A DNA stretch of 64,000 nucleotides from Terriglobia bacterium (GTDB lineage: Bacteria; Acidobacteriota; Terriglobia; Acidiferrales; UBA7541). The notes below the pieces were generated by a model, which saw only the letters and a program-made list of their open reading frames with translations, ran no database searches and was not told the origin of the DNA. Numbering within the stretch: position 1 is the first letter of the stretch; each line of letters starts with the position of its first letter. The translations under genes and the position numbers were made by a program. Location of the stretch: the NCBI GenBank assembly GCA_963695545.1, contig OY968796.1, positions 3,392,001 through 3,456,000 of the forward strand, written 5' to 3'. Positions 9,193 through 17,594 of the stretch are shown piece after piece.

Positions 9193-9342
9193 ACCAGCTT
9201 CCCTCCAGAGTGAATTCTCTCTCACTCCCGCTGGTACAAAAAACCCCGGTCAGGTCACTACCCCGGGGTTTAACCCGGGGTTAAGCTGTTTCGCCCCTAT
9301 GGGGCTGGCCATCGAGTGACCCCGCAATTTTGGCCCGGACCC

Positions 9343-11720
9343 TTATTCTCGTTTGAGCTCCCCTGCGGAATCGTCTTGCACCTGTGCGCTGGGCCGCGAT
9401 GGCGGCGCGGGCTGCGTTTGCGCTCCGGGTCGGGGCGGCAGCTTCGTCCTAACCGGCACGATTAACGGCGCGGATGTGAGCAGCTGCTGGATCTCGCGCA
9501 TTTGTTTTACGCGGGCGTCTTCGCCGGGGACTACCAGCTCGCTCAGGCCCAGGCAGCTTTTGATGTAGCCGATATTTGCGGGATCCGTGAGCGCGCGCTG
9601 GACCATCGGATCGTTTACGGACATCAATTGTTGCAGCACGGCGCGCTGCTGCGATTTTTGGCGCGGGAACGCTTCGTCGCTTTCGGGATGCGCGAAATAT
9701 TTCCTTTCAGATCGGCCAGGCGAATCCAGCGCGAGCGGAAATTGCCGTCTTCGCCGAGCAGTGGAATTTCGACGTCGTCGGCGCGATTCTTGCGGAAGCA
9801 ATCGACGCCGAGCAGCATCAAATCGGAATAAAAGTTTTTCAGGCGGCGCCACACCAGTCCCAATCGCCCGAGCGCTTGATCGCGCGCCATGGCGTAACCC
9901 GTGGCGGTTTTCTGCGATTCCATTTCGCCGCCGAACACGGCGGGAAAAAGTCCGGAAAGAAATTGAGGAATCGGGCCCATCAATTCTTCCTGATGGCGCA
10001 GCATATCGGGCGGAACTTGCGCGGGCGCGGGCTGGAAAAAACTCGCGGCCAGCGGCTGGCCCGGTCGCGCGCGCGCGGGATAATGCGCGGCGGGCTCGGC
10101 GGTCTGCTGCTGCAGCGCGTCGAAGTCGATCACTTGCGGATCGGCGTAAATCGGCGGAATGCCGTACTCGTAAGTTTCCGCCTGAATGTTCGAGAGCGTG
10201 TTGTAGCGTTCCTGAATTTCGACGAGCGAGCTGCCGACGGCCGGGCGATTCTGGCCGTCGCCGGGCAGCGCGTGCATCACGCGCCAGCGATCGTCCATGG
10301 TTTCGTTGCGCGATTCGCAATAGGTCTCGCCGGCGAACGCGGCGTAGCAGCCGTCGGGAAAAAGTTGCAGCAGCGCTTCGCGCACGGAGACGTCTTCGAT
10401 CGCGTGAAACGCCCACGGGCGAATCCAGGTGCGCGAAAACGTGACGAGATTTACGAGCGCGTCGCCGGGCAGCGTGGTGGGCATGCCCTGCGCGATCGAA
10501 ACGCGCGAGGCGCGCGCGTAAACGTCGTCGGCCTCGATCGGGCCGCCCATTTCGATTTTATCGGCGGCCAGCGGATACGCGGCTTTCAATTTCGCGCGAT
10601 GCACTTCCATCTGCCATTGCAGATAGGGAAATTCGTGCATCTCGTTGGCCCACACGGGAGTGTTGAGCTCGAGTCCGCCCACGATAGAGATCACTTCTTG
10701 TCCATTCGGGACGCGGCGCGTGCCTACCACGCGCGGCACGCACACTTTTTCCGCGGGGCGAAGATCGTCGGGCGTGAGCGCGGTGCCGCAGGCGGAGCAA
10801 ACTGGCTCGGTGCGCGGCGCGACCTGCTTTTTCGATTTCTTCCCTGCTTCGTTCCCTGCTGCTGAAGCCGCTGTAATTTCTCCGGCAGTGGGCGCGGGCG
10901 TTTCCGTGCCGCACTCGGGGCAAACGTAATATTCGGGACCGAGCGCGATTTCGATGGGCTCGATATTCGGTTCATCGTGCCAACCGAAACGCTGCGCGTC
11001 GGCAACGTAGCGCACGTAGCCGCCGACCTTGCCGTCGGTCCACAGAAAAAACGCCAGCGCGGTGAGCAATCGCTCAACGTGATTGTTGCGCTCGACAAGA
11101 TCGGAGACTTCGCTCGCGAGGCGCGCGGCGGATAAATCGAGCAGCGATTGCGCGGACTGCGGATAAAAGCGCGTGGTCGGCACGTCCTGACTGAGCACGG
11201 AAATGAACGAGAGGCCGAAGGCTTGATACAAATTGGTGACGAATTGATAGCGCGGCATGTCCTCGTCGGATTGGCCGTTATGCGAGCCGACTTCCGTGGG
11301 CAAATGCCATTGCTGATCGCCGGGATTCCACCACGCGTATTGCATGCCTTGCCAGAAAAGTCGCGCCTGGCGAATGCGGCGAATTTCGTAGCGGCGCGCG
11401 GTGAGTCCTTCTTCGCGATATTGCACGACGAGTCCGCGCAGCGCGTTGACGATGCGCGGCGCGAGTTCTTCGAGGCGCTCGTTGTTCGGGCCGAGTTCTT
11501 CGGGCGTGGGCAGCGGGATGGCTTGCGCGGCGCCGGGATCGGGCGCGTTTTCCGATGGCGGCACGGGGCCGGGATTGCTGCCGTCGCGCTCGACGATTTC
11601 GCCGGGGCGAGTCGTCGGCGCGACGCCAGCGGCGGGCTGGCCCGCTCCATTCGCGGCGGCGCATGAGGCGGCGCCAGTGAGAGCAGCCCACGCATTTTCG
11701 AGATTGAGAGCAGTCGACAT
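9343..11720 (-). pseudogene. Portal protein (P22-like), frameshifted near 9697 and probably C-terminally truncated
   Basis: 698-aa ORF followed by a continuation in another frame (LKGNI / AHPESDEAFPRQKSQQRAVLQQL). The join ATT TC GCG lacks one base. Lies between TerL and capsid; has a CxxC..CxxC insertion. Confidence 0.8.
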
Positions 11721-11732
11721 TTATTCTCCCCG

Positions 11733-12026
11733 CTAGTTGTGTCGTGTATGCGCGTCGCGAATCGAGGCTTGGCGCGTGGCTTCGCGTTCGCGCATCATCG
11801 CGATTTGTGGCCAGGAGCGGCGGCGCACGACCGGCTCGGTCGGCTTGCGCTCGGCGGTCGAGGCGTCGCCGATCGCAAGCGGCGGGAAGCCGGCGGTGCC
11901 GAGCAGCGAATTCGTGAGGGCGCGATTTTCGGCGCGAAGGCGCGCGACGTCGTCCTCGAGCATGCGCACGTAGCGGCCGCGCAGGGCGTGGGCGATCGCG
12001 CGGAGGAATTCGATTGGGCGTTGCAT
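11733..12026 (-). CDS. Small coiled-coil hypothetical protein between TerL and portal
   Basis: 97 aa; LEDDVARLRAENRALTNSLL heptads. Confidence 0.6.
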   Translation of the reverse strand: MQRPIEFLRAIAHALRGRYVRMLEDDVARLRAENRALTNSLLGTAGFPPLAIGDASTAERKPTEPVVRRRSWPQIAMMREREATRQASIRDAHTRHN

Positions 12027-12049
12027 CGTTTGTGTCGCGAATAGATTTT

Positions 12050-12143
12050 GTAGCGGAGGCCTTTAGGCCTCCAGGTTTTCCGCAGAGAACCAAAAACGAA
12101 ACCAAAAGCAAACGCCAGATGGAGGCCTGAAGGCCCCCGCTAC
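12050..12143. repeat. REP family A inverted pair
   Basis: 12050-12073 and 12120-12143 around an A-rich spacer. Confidence 0.85.
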
Positions 12144-12170
12144 ATCAACCACAATCTTCCGCTCGCGCGA

Positions 12171-13748
12171 TTACCAGCGGCGCGGGAGAGGCGCGGGGGC
12201 GCGGGCGGCGCGGGACTCGCCGACGAATTTGCGGAGCCAGATGGCGCGCGACGTGGGATCATGCGCGGGGATGCGGCCGGCGAGCGCGAGCTCGGCGGGG
12301 ATGCGCGCGGGCTCGATGCGCGATTTCAGGCCGTAGCGCGCGGCGTCGGCGGCGTCGTCGCCATCGACTTTGCGCACGTCCTCGACGTTCACAGTGTCAC
12401 GCGTGAGCGTGGGCAGGCATTCGAGCAACTGATCGCACGCGCTCGAAATTTGCCACTGACCCGTTTCCATCATTTGATACATGAGCATCCAGCCGCCGAC
12501 GCGATCATTGTCGGCGGGCGCGGGGCGCGGGAGGCCGGCGGCGGCCAGGCCTTCGCCGAGTTGCTCGGCGATGGATGCTTCGGCGGTGCGCTCGGCGAAC
12601 GCGTCAGGCGAAAGAAATATTTCGGCGATGCGCTCGAGTTCGCCGTTGCGGCCGACACTGCGTTCGGCGATCGCGGCGGAAAGCATGCGCGGCGACAAAT
12701 GATTCTGCACGAACTCGCGATACGTGAGCGTGACGCCGTCGGGCCGCGCGGTGTGCCAATAGACCGCGCTGGGATGCTCGAAGCCCCAATCAATCGAAAT
12801 CCAGCGCGGCCACCAGCTTTCAAGCTGGATGGTGTGCGAGGCGACGACATGGCGCGCGCGATCGAAGGAATCGAAATATTGGCCGGCGAAAACATTCCAA
12901 TCGCCGTCGAGAAAAGCCTGGCGCAGGGCTCGCGGCAGCGCGCGCAAAGTTTTCAGATACGATTCGTCGTTCGCGTAAATCGGATTGTCGCGCACCGTCG
13001 CGCGAATGAAAGCGTAATCGCGCGGATCGTATTCACCGGCCTGCTCCATGCCGGGCGCGGGACGCTTTTCGATCCACAACGCTTTCACCCAGGCGTGGCC
13101 GGTGTTGCCGGGATTCGTGGCGCCGGCCATGTTGGGCCGGGCGTCGCGCAGGGGGCAGCGATTTCGCGACGTTAGAAATTGCCACTGGCGCAGCGTGAAG
13201 TGCGTTAGCTCGTCGATGCCGATGAAAACGAATTCCGCGCCCTGATATTGATAGACGTCGTTTTCGCTGGCGGAATATCCGAAGCGCGTGGTCGAGCCAT
13301 TTTTCCAGGTGACGATGTGTTTCGAGTCGTTGTAGCGCAAATATAAATTGCGCGGCACGTCGCGCCGGAAATATCCGAGCAGCGAGGCTTCGAGTTCCGG
13401 AAACGTGCGGCGCGGAAGCAGCGTGTCAACGCCGGGATATTGATTCGCCTGGCGGATGGCTTCCCACAGCAGCGCTTTGGTTTTTCCGGGACCAGCCGCG
13501 CCACCGAACAGGCGATACTTCGCGTTCGAGCGATGAAATTCTTCCTGGCGCGGAAACGGGCGATAGTGTTCCGAGATCACGATGCCGCGGCGCGGACGCG
13601 GCGCGCCGGGGACGATGTCGTCGACGAGCGCGTCGTCTTGATCGGCGTCGTCGTCGAGCGGATCGTCGGCGCGTGCCGTCGCGTCAAGAGAAACATCGCC
13701 GCGGCTCTTTTTCTTCGCGCGCGGGTGTTTGCGTTTCTTGGCCGGCAT
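12171..13748 (-). CDS. Terminase large subunit
   Basis: Walker A GGAAGPGKT, Walker B FIGIDE, coupling motif ATNPG, nuclease SIDWG and DDAADAARY. Confidence 0.93.
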   Translation of the reverse strand: MPAKKRKHPRAKKKSRGDVSLDATARADDPLDDDADQDDALVDDIVPGAPRPRRGIVISEHYRPFPRQEEFHRSNAKYRLFGGAAGPGKTKALLWEAIRQANQYPGVDTLLPRRTFPELEASLLGYFRRDVPRNLYLRYNDSKHIVTWKNGSTTRFGYSASENDVYQYQGAEFVFIGIDELTHFTLRQWQFLTSRNRCPLRDARPNMAGATNPGNTGHAWVKALWIEKRPAPGMEQAGEYDPRDYAFIRATVRDNPIYANDESYLKTLRALPRALRQAFLDGDWNVFAGQYFDSFDRARHVVASHTIQLESWWPRWISIDWGFEHPSAVYWHTARPDGVTLTYREFVQNHLSPRMLSAAIAERSVGRNGELERIAEIFLSPDAFAERTAEASIAEQLGEGLAAAGLPRPAPADNDRVGGWMLMYQMMETGQWQISSACDQLLECLPTLTRDTVNVEDVRKVDGDDAADAARYGLKSRIEPARIPAELALAGRIPAHDPTSRAIWLRKFVGESRAARAPAPLPRRW

Positions 13749-13754
13749 TGTGGC

Positions 13755-14153
13755 TCAGCGCGAAATCGGGGTGTCGGCGCCGGCCGCGTGGAGATTGTCG
13801 CGACCGGCGTGCGCGGCGTTGGCGTCATGACGATCGGCGTCGGCGCGCGGATCGTTGGCGTCGCCGGCGTCTTGGCGATCGCGGTCGTAGCCGGCGTCAG
13901 GCGGCAGCGGCGATTGTTTCAGATACGCGGCGACGCCGATGATGCCGCTCATCGCCGCGCTGACCATCGCGATTGCGAGCGTGGCGCGCAGGCCGGCCTG
14001 CAAATTGAAATGTGCCGGGTCGATGCCGACCGCGGCGAAACCGGTGATGATTCCGTTGGCGCAGCCGGCGATGGCCGCGGCCACGATTCCCTTGGCCCAC
14101 GCTTCCCAGACGGAAAACGTTGTGGCGTCAGAGTGTGGAGTGTGGCGCGTCAT
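13755..14153 (-). CDS. Holin-like two-TM protein
   Basis: Two TM helices followed by AYLKQSPLP and a charged tail; adjacent to TerL. Confidence 0.55.
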   Translation of the reverse strand: MTRHTPHSDATTFSVWEAWAKGIVAAAIAGCANGIITGFAAVGIDPAHFNLQAGLRATLAIAMVSAAMSGIIGVAAYLKQSPLPPDAGYDRDRQDAGDANDPRADADRHDANAAHAGRDNLHAAGADTPISR

Positions 14154-14214
14154 CGCGTCGCGTTTCGTTTTCGTGCGCGAAATCGTCGGGCGCAGAACGT
14201 GGGGAAAATGTTAT

Positions 14215-14304
14215 GTAGCGGAGGCCTTCAGGCCTCCAGCCGTTTGCGCGCGAACGCTCAGGGCTCACGCCCTTCGCTGGAATGTGTCGCCCCTACGGGG
14301 CTGG
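14215..14304. repeat. REP family A copy (14215-14238) plus degenerate family B copy
   Basis: GTAGCGGAGGCCTTCAGGCCTCCA; TGTGTCGCCCCTACGGGGCTGG. Confidence 0.75.
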
Positions 14305-14705
14305 TTCTGTGTTGCGCGCTCGATCGCGCGGCGTTGTGTGCACCGTGGATCCGCGTCGCGCACGGACGGCGCTGAATTGCTTCGTGCCCGCGGGAGCTGC
14401 ATCGATGCAGCGCTCTCCGTTCTTCCGTTCTCAAATGCGTGTTGGCGCGCGAGGTCGCGGGCTTCGCGCTTGCGAGATTGCGCTTCGTCGTATTTGCGCC
14501 AGTGGGTGCGATTCGCGGCGGTCATGCGGCGGACGAGAATTCCCTGCGCCATGGCGGCGAAACGCGCGAAGGGGTCGTCGGCGGGAATGTGTTCGCTCTT
14601 CCACCGCTGCTCGCGCGAAACACGGCGCGTCGCAGAAGATGGCGCGGTGCCGCGGCGCTGGCGAGAATTCGCGCGGCGCGTGATCGAGCTAGCACCGCTC
14701 GTCAT
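14265..14705 (-). CDS. Basic hypothetical protein
   Basis: ATGA overlap with the upstream stop suggests coupling; Arg-rich, and the 3' end runs into a REP. Confidence 0.35.
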   Translation of the reverse strand: MTSGASSITRRANSRQRRGTAPSSATRRVSREQRWKSEHIPADDPFARFAAMAQGILVRRMTAANRTHWRKYDEAQSRKREARDLARQHAFENGRTESAASMQLPRARSNSAPSVRDADPRCTQRRAIERATQNQPRRGDTFQRRA

Positions 14706-16885
14706 CGCGTTAGATTCCAGGTGATCGCGAAATAATCGATCAGCATGTTGGCGGCGCCGTTGGCGTTGTCGGTCGTCTCGAACGCGGGGGACATCAGCGC
14801 GCTGGGCACTGTGGCCGAAAGGCTGCTGCACACTGTGGTGCCGTTGATCGCGAAAGAAACCGACGTGGACGACGTGAACGTGATCGAGAGCGCATAAAAA
14901 GTTCCGGTCGCGGCGGTCACGCCGGAACTTGTGGAGTTCGGCGTGCCGGACGTATTCACCACGCAATTCCAATTCGCGGCGCCGGAGACGCCGGTGTTCA
15001 CGGCTTCAAAATAAACGGCGGAGTTCGGCGCTTCCTGATTCGTCGAGGTGGTATCGAAAACGCCAAAGCGCGTGGTGCCGTTCGGAGCGGCGACCGTGGT
15101 GCCGGAGGGCAACAGATCGCCGGTGATCGTGAAACTATTCGCGGTGGGATTCATCAGCGGCGTGGATTGGCCCGAGAGCACCCAATATTCCCAGTCGGTG
15201 CCGCCGCTCGCGCCGCCGGATTCGAGTTCGATCAGGCCGGGATGATTCGCGGCTTGCTGATTCGATCCCGTAGGTTGCGGCGAGACGCTGCCTCCGCCGC
15301 CATTTTTAACGAAGCCGATGGCCGACGTGGAGGAACTGTTCATCAGGAAATCGTCGAAGACCGTGGCGGTGGCCGCGGAAAAACTGCCGCTGCCGCCGGA
15401 AGGCGTGGCGCAATTCGCATTTCCGCTCGCGGCGATGCCGGTGGCGAATTGCGAGCCGGAGCATTGCGTCGGCGTGGACGCGAGCGCCGTGGCTGTCGCG
15501 GCGTTGCCCGTCGTGTTCTGATTCAACGTCGGAATGCTCGAGCAATTCGCGTTGCCGCTGGCGGCGATGCCGGTTGAGAATTGCGAGCCGGAGCATTGCG
15601 ATGGCGTGGACGCTAATGCCGTTGCGGTTGCCGCGTTGCCCGTAGTGTTCGCCGCGTTATTCGGAATGTCGGCGGAGACCAGCGATTCGTAACTGGGCGC
15701 GGCGGCGGAGCCGGTATTGTTGCCGAAATATTTGTGCGCGCCGGCTTGCGCGAGCGTTGCGGTGACGGCGCCGGTGGATGCGCTGTTGTTGAGCAGCGTG
15801 CCGTCGCCGGTGAAGGAGCTAACGCCGCCGCCGCTGCCGCTCGCGGAAATCGTGGGGCCGAATTGGCCGCGCGTGATGGAGATGTTCGTGCCGGCGGTGA
15901 ACGGCAGATCGCCGCAGGTGTCGTCCCAAACGCTGCCGGCGGGATCGACCAGCAGCGAGCACGACTGGCCCTGCGCGACCGTGAGCGTGGCGCTGCCGGT
16001 GGAGCTAAAAGTGTAGGAACCGGCCGCGCTGACGGTGATGGCCGTGGCGGAGCCGGAAGTGTTGTTGATGAGCTTGACGTAAAAGCCGGTGTTGCCGAGC
16101 GTGGCGGGCGCGGGCAGCGACGTGGCCACCGCGACCGAGCCTTGATATTCGACGATTGCGTCGCTCGACAAAATTGTGTCGGTGGCCGTGGTCCCGGTGA
16201 CCGCGCGCGGCGCGAGCGAATTCAGCCAGCACGACGGCGCGACGGCGGCGGACGCCGTCACGTTGTAGCCGCAAAAATATTCGCCGTTGGTCGAAGGCGG
16301 CGTGGGGCCGGAGCTGATCGCCGTGCCTGACGATGAATATTCGCCGAACGCGAATTGCGTTCCGGAATTTACCGTGCCGCTGCCGCCACCGCCTCCGCTG
16401 CCGAACGACGTCCAGGTGTTTGGCGCGGAACAATATTTCGGCGTGGCGCTCGAGAGATTGAATTCGACGCTGCCTTCCGAGCAATGGCTCGGATCGGATT
16501 CGTGCGCGACGAAACTATAGGCTTCGCCGAAACCGACCGTGCCTTGCGCGGGGAAAAGCGCGATCGGGACGAGCGGCGTCGGCGTCGGCGACGCGGCGGC
16601 GACTTCGTGCGCGGATTGCGCGCGCGCGGGGATCGCGGCGAGCGCGAACAACGCGCAGAGCGTTAGCAGCGCCCAGGCTGCGAATTTCGGAACCGTGCGG
16701 TTTCGATTCGCGCGCGCGAACGTGCGATTCGGGAAGCTCGCGGCGGCGGAAAAGGCAGAAGCAAAGGCTGGAGGCCTGAAGGCCTCCGCTACATAAACCG
16801 CCGGAGATTTCGCGAGCGGGATGATTTGGTTTGCGCGCGACGCCGACGAGCGAATGGCGCGCGCACGATTGTGTTGCACGCTCAT
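14702..16885 (-). CDS. Fibre-like protein with signal peptide, tandem GNAATATAL repeats and a C-terminal lectin-like beta domain
   Basis: ATG overlaps the previous stop (ATGA). Hydrophobic segment and A-x-A site (WALLTLCALFALAAIPARA-QS); Gly/Ser/Thr-rich; 132-bp internal duplication. Confidence 0.7.
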   Translation of the reverse strand: MSVQHNRARAIRSSASRANQIIPLAKSPAVYVAEAFRPPAFASAFSAAASFPNRTFARANRNRTVPKFAAWALLTLCALFALAAIPARAQSAHEVAAASPTPTPLVPIALFPAQGTVGFGEAYSFVAHESDPSHCSEGSVEFNLSSATPKYCSAPNTWTSFGSGGGGGSGTVNSGTQFAFGEYSSSGTAISSGPTPPSTNGEYFCGYNVTASAAVAPSCWLNSLAPRAVTGTTATDTILSSDAIVEYQGSVAVATSLPAPATLGNTGFYVKLINNTSGSATAITVSAAGSYTFSSTGSATLTVAQGQSCSLLVDPAGSVWDDTCGDLPFTAGTNISITRGQFGPTISASGSGGGVSSFTGDGTLLNNSASTGAVTATLAQAGAHKYFGNNTGSAAAPSYESLVSADIPNNAANTTGNAATATALASTPSQCSGSQFSTGIAASGNANCSSIPTLNQNTTGNAATATALASTPTQCSGSQFATGIAASGNANCATPSGGSGSFSAATATVFDDFLMNSSSTSAIGFVKNGGGGSVSPQPTGSNQQAANHPGLIELESGGASGGTDWEYWVLSGQSTPLMNPTANSFTITGDLLPSGTTVAAPNGTTRFGVFDTTSTNQEAPNSAVYFEAVNTGVSGAANWNCVVNTSGTPNSTSSGVTAATGTFYALSITFTSSTSVSFAINGTTVCSSLSATVPSALMSPAFETTDNANGAANMLIDYFAITWNLTR
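16769..16792 (-). repeat. REP family A copy in-frame within the 5' end of the fibre gene
   Basis: Translates as YVAEAFRPP. Confidence 0.8.
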
Positions 16886-17274
16886 CGGCTGAAGCTCCCG
16901 GTGATGGTGACGGCGTTTTGCAGCGAGACGAGTTTCAGGCGCACGAATTTCGCGGTGACGAAGGGCGCGTCGAGATGCGCGGCGAATCCGGCGTTCACTT
17001 GCGCGATCGCGCCGTCGTTGGTGGTGCCTTGATCGAGCGTGTAGTAGGCGGAATCCTGATCGACGTTGGCGACTTGCACGTCGACCTCGAACGTGCCGGG
17101 ATTGCCTCCGAATTGAATGTCGGCGGAAAACGGAGTGCCGCCGCGGGAATCGCGTTCGCCGAGCGCGACCTGCTGGCTGGCGGTGCCGGCCGTGGGGCTT
17201 TCGGCGTTCCAAACGGTCTGCAAATCGCCCGGCCAGATGGCGTACGGCGGCGAAATCGTGTTGTATGCGGGCAT
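16882..17274 (-). CDS. Small beta-sandwich virion-like protein, paralog A
   Basis: MPAYNTISPPYAIWPGD...AKFVRLKLVS; GAGGGAG RBS. Confidence 0.7.
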   Translation of the reverse strand: MPAYNTISPPYAIWPGDLQTVWNAESPTAGTASQQVALGERDSRGGTPFSADIQFGGNPGTFEVDVQVANVDQDSAYYTLDQGTTNDGAIAQVNAGFAAHLDAPFVTAKFVRLKLVSLQNAVTITGSFSR

Positions 17275-17352
17275 GCGGATCTCCCTCGTCGAGAATTTCG
17301 GGCGCGAGCGCGTCGGAGTGTTCGGGTGGCACGAGCGGCGCGAAAGAAAAGA

Positions 17353-17551
17353 TGTGTCGCCCCTACGGGGCTTAAAACAAATGGAGAAGAAATATTTTTG
17401 CTGCGCGTACCCAGGGCTTACGCCCTGGGCTAAGCTCTTTCGCCCCTACGGGGCTGGTTTTTCGGCGCCGTCGCGATTGCGCGGCGTGGCGTCAGATGTT
17501 GGTGCGGTTCGCACGTGAAAAGCAAGATGGAGGCCTGAAGGCCTCCGCTAC
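17353..17551. repeat. REP cluster (family B 17353-17457; family A 17528-17551)
   Basis: Matches to the other copies. Confidence 0.8.
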
Positions 17552-17594
17552 ATAAGGCAAAAGACAATTCGCGATCGCGCCGCGCGCCTCGCGG

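Larger units (their letters stand above)
8008..9257 (-). mobile_element. IS3-family insertion sequence (IS407-like), 1250 bp
   Basis: Imperfect terminal IRs TGACCAGCCCGAGTTTTTGTACCA and TGACCTGACCGGGGTTTTTTGTACCA; orfA plus orfB; no flanking direct repeat. Confidence 0.93.

Noticed and set aside
9690..9710. Programmed frameshift in the portal
   Set aside because: No canonical slippery heptamer; a one-base deletion in a T run explains it
15410..15650. DGR template/variable repeat pair
   Set aside because: Adjacent in-gene tandem with synonymous, not adenine-specific, differences; no reverse transcriptase in the window
16886..17332. 5' extension of the 876-aa fibre ORF
   Set aside because: Overlaps the paralog A gene in another frame; the coupled ATG at 16885 is preferred
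1817..17551. Recurrent palindromes as a CRISPR array
   Set aside because: Dispersed, in both orientations, no regular spacers and no cas genes; they fit REPs
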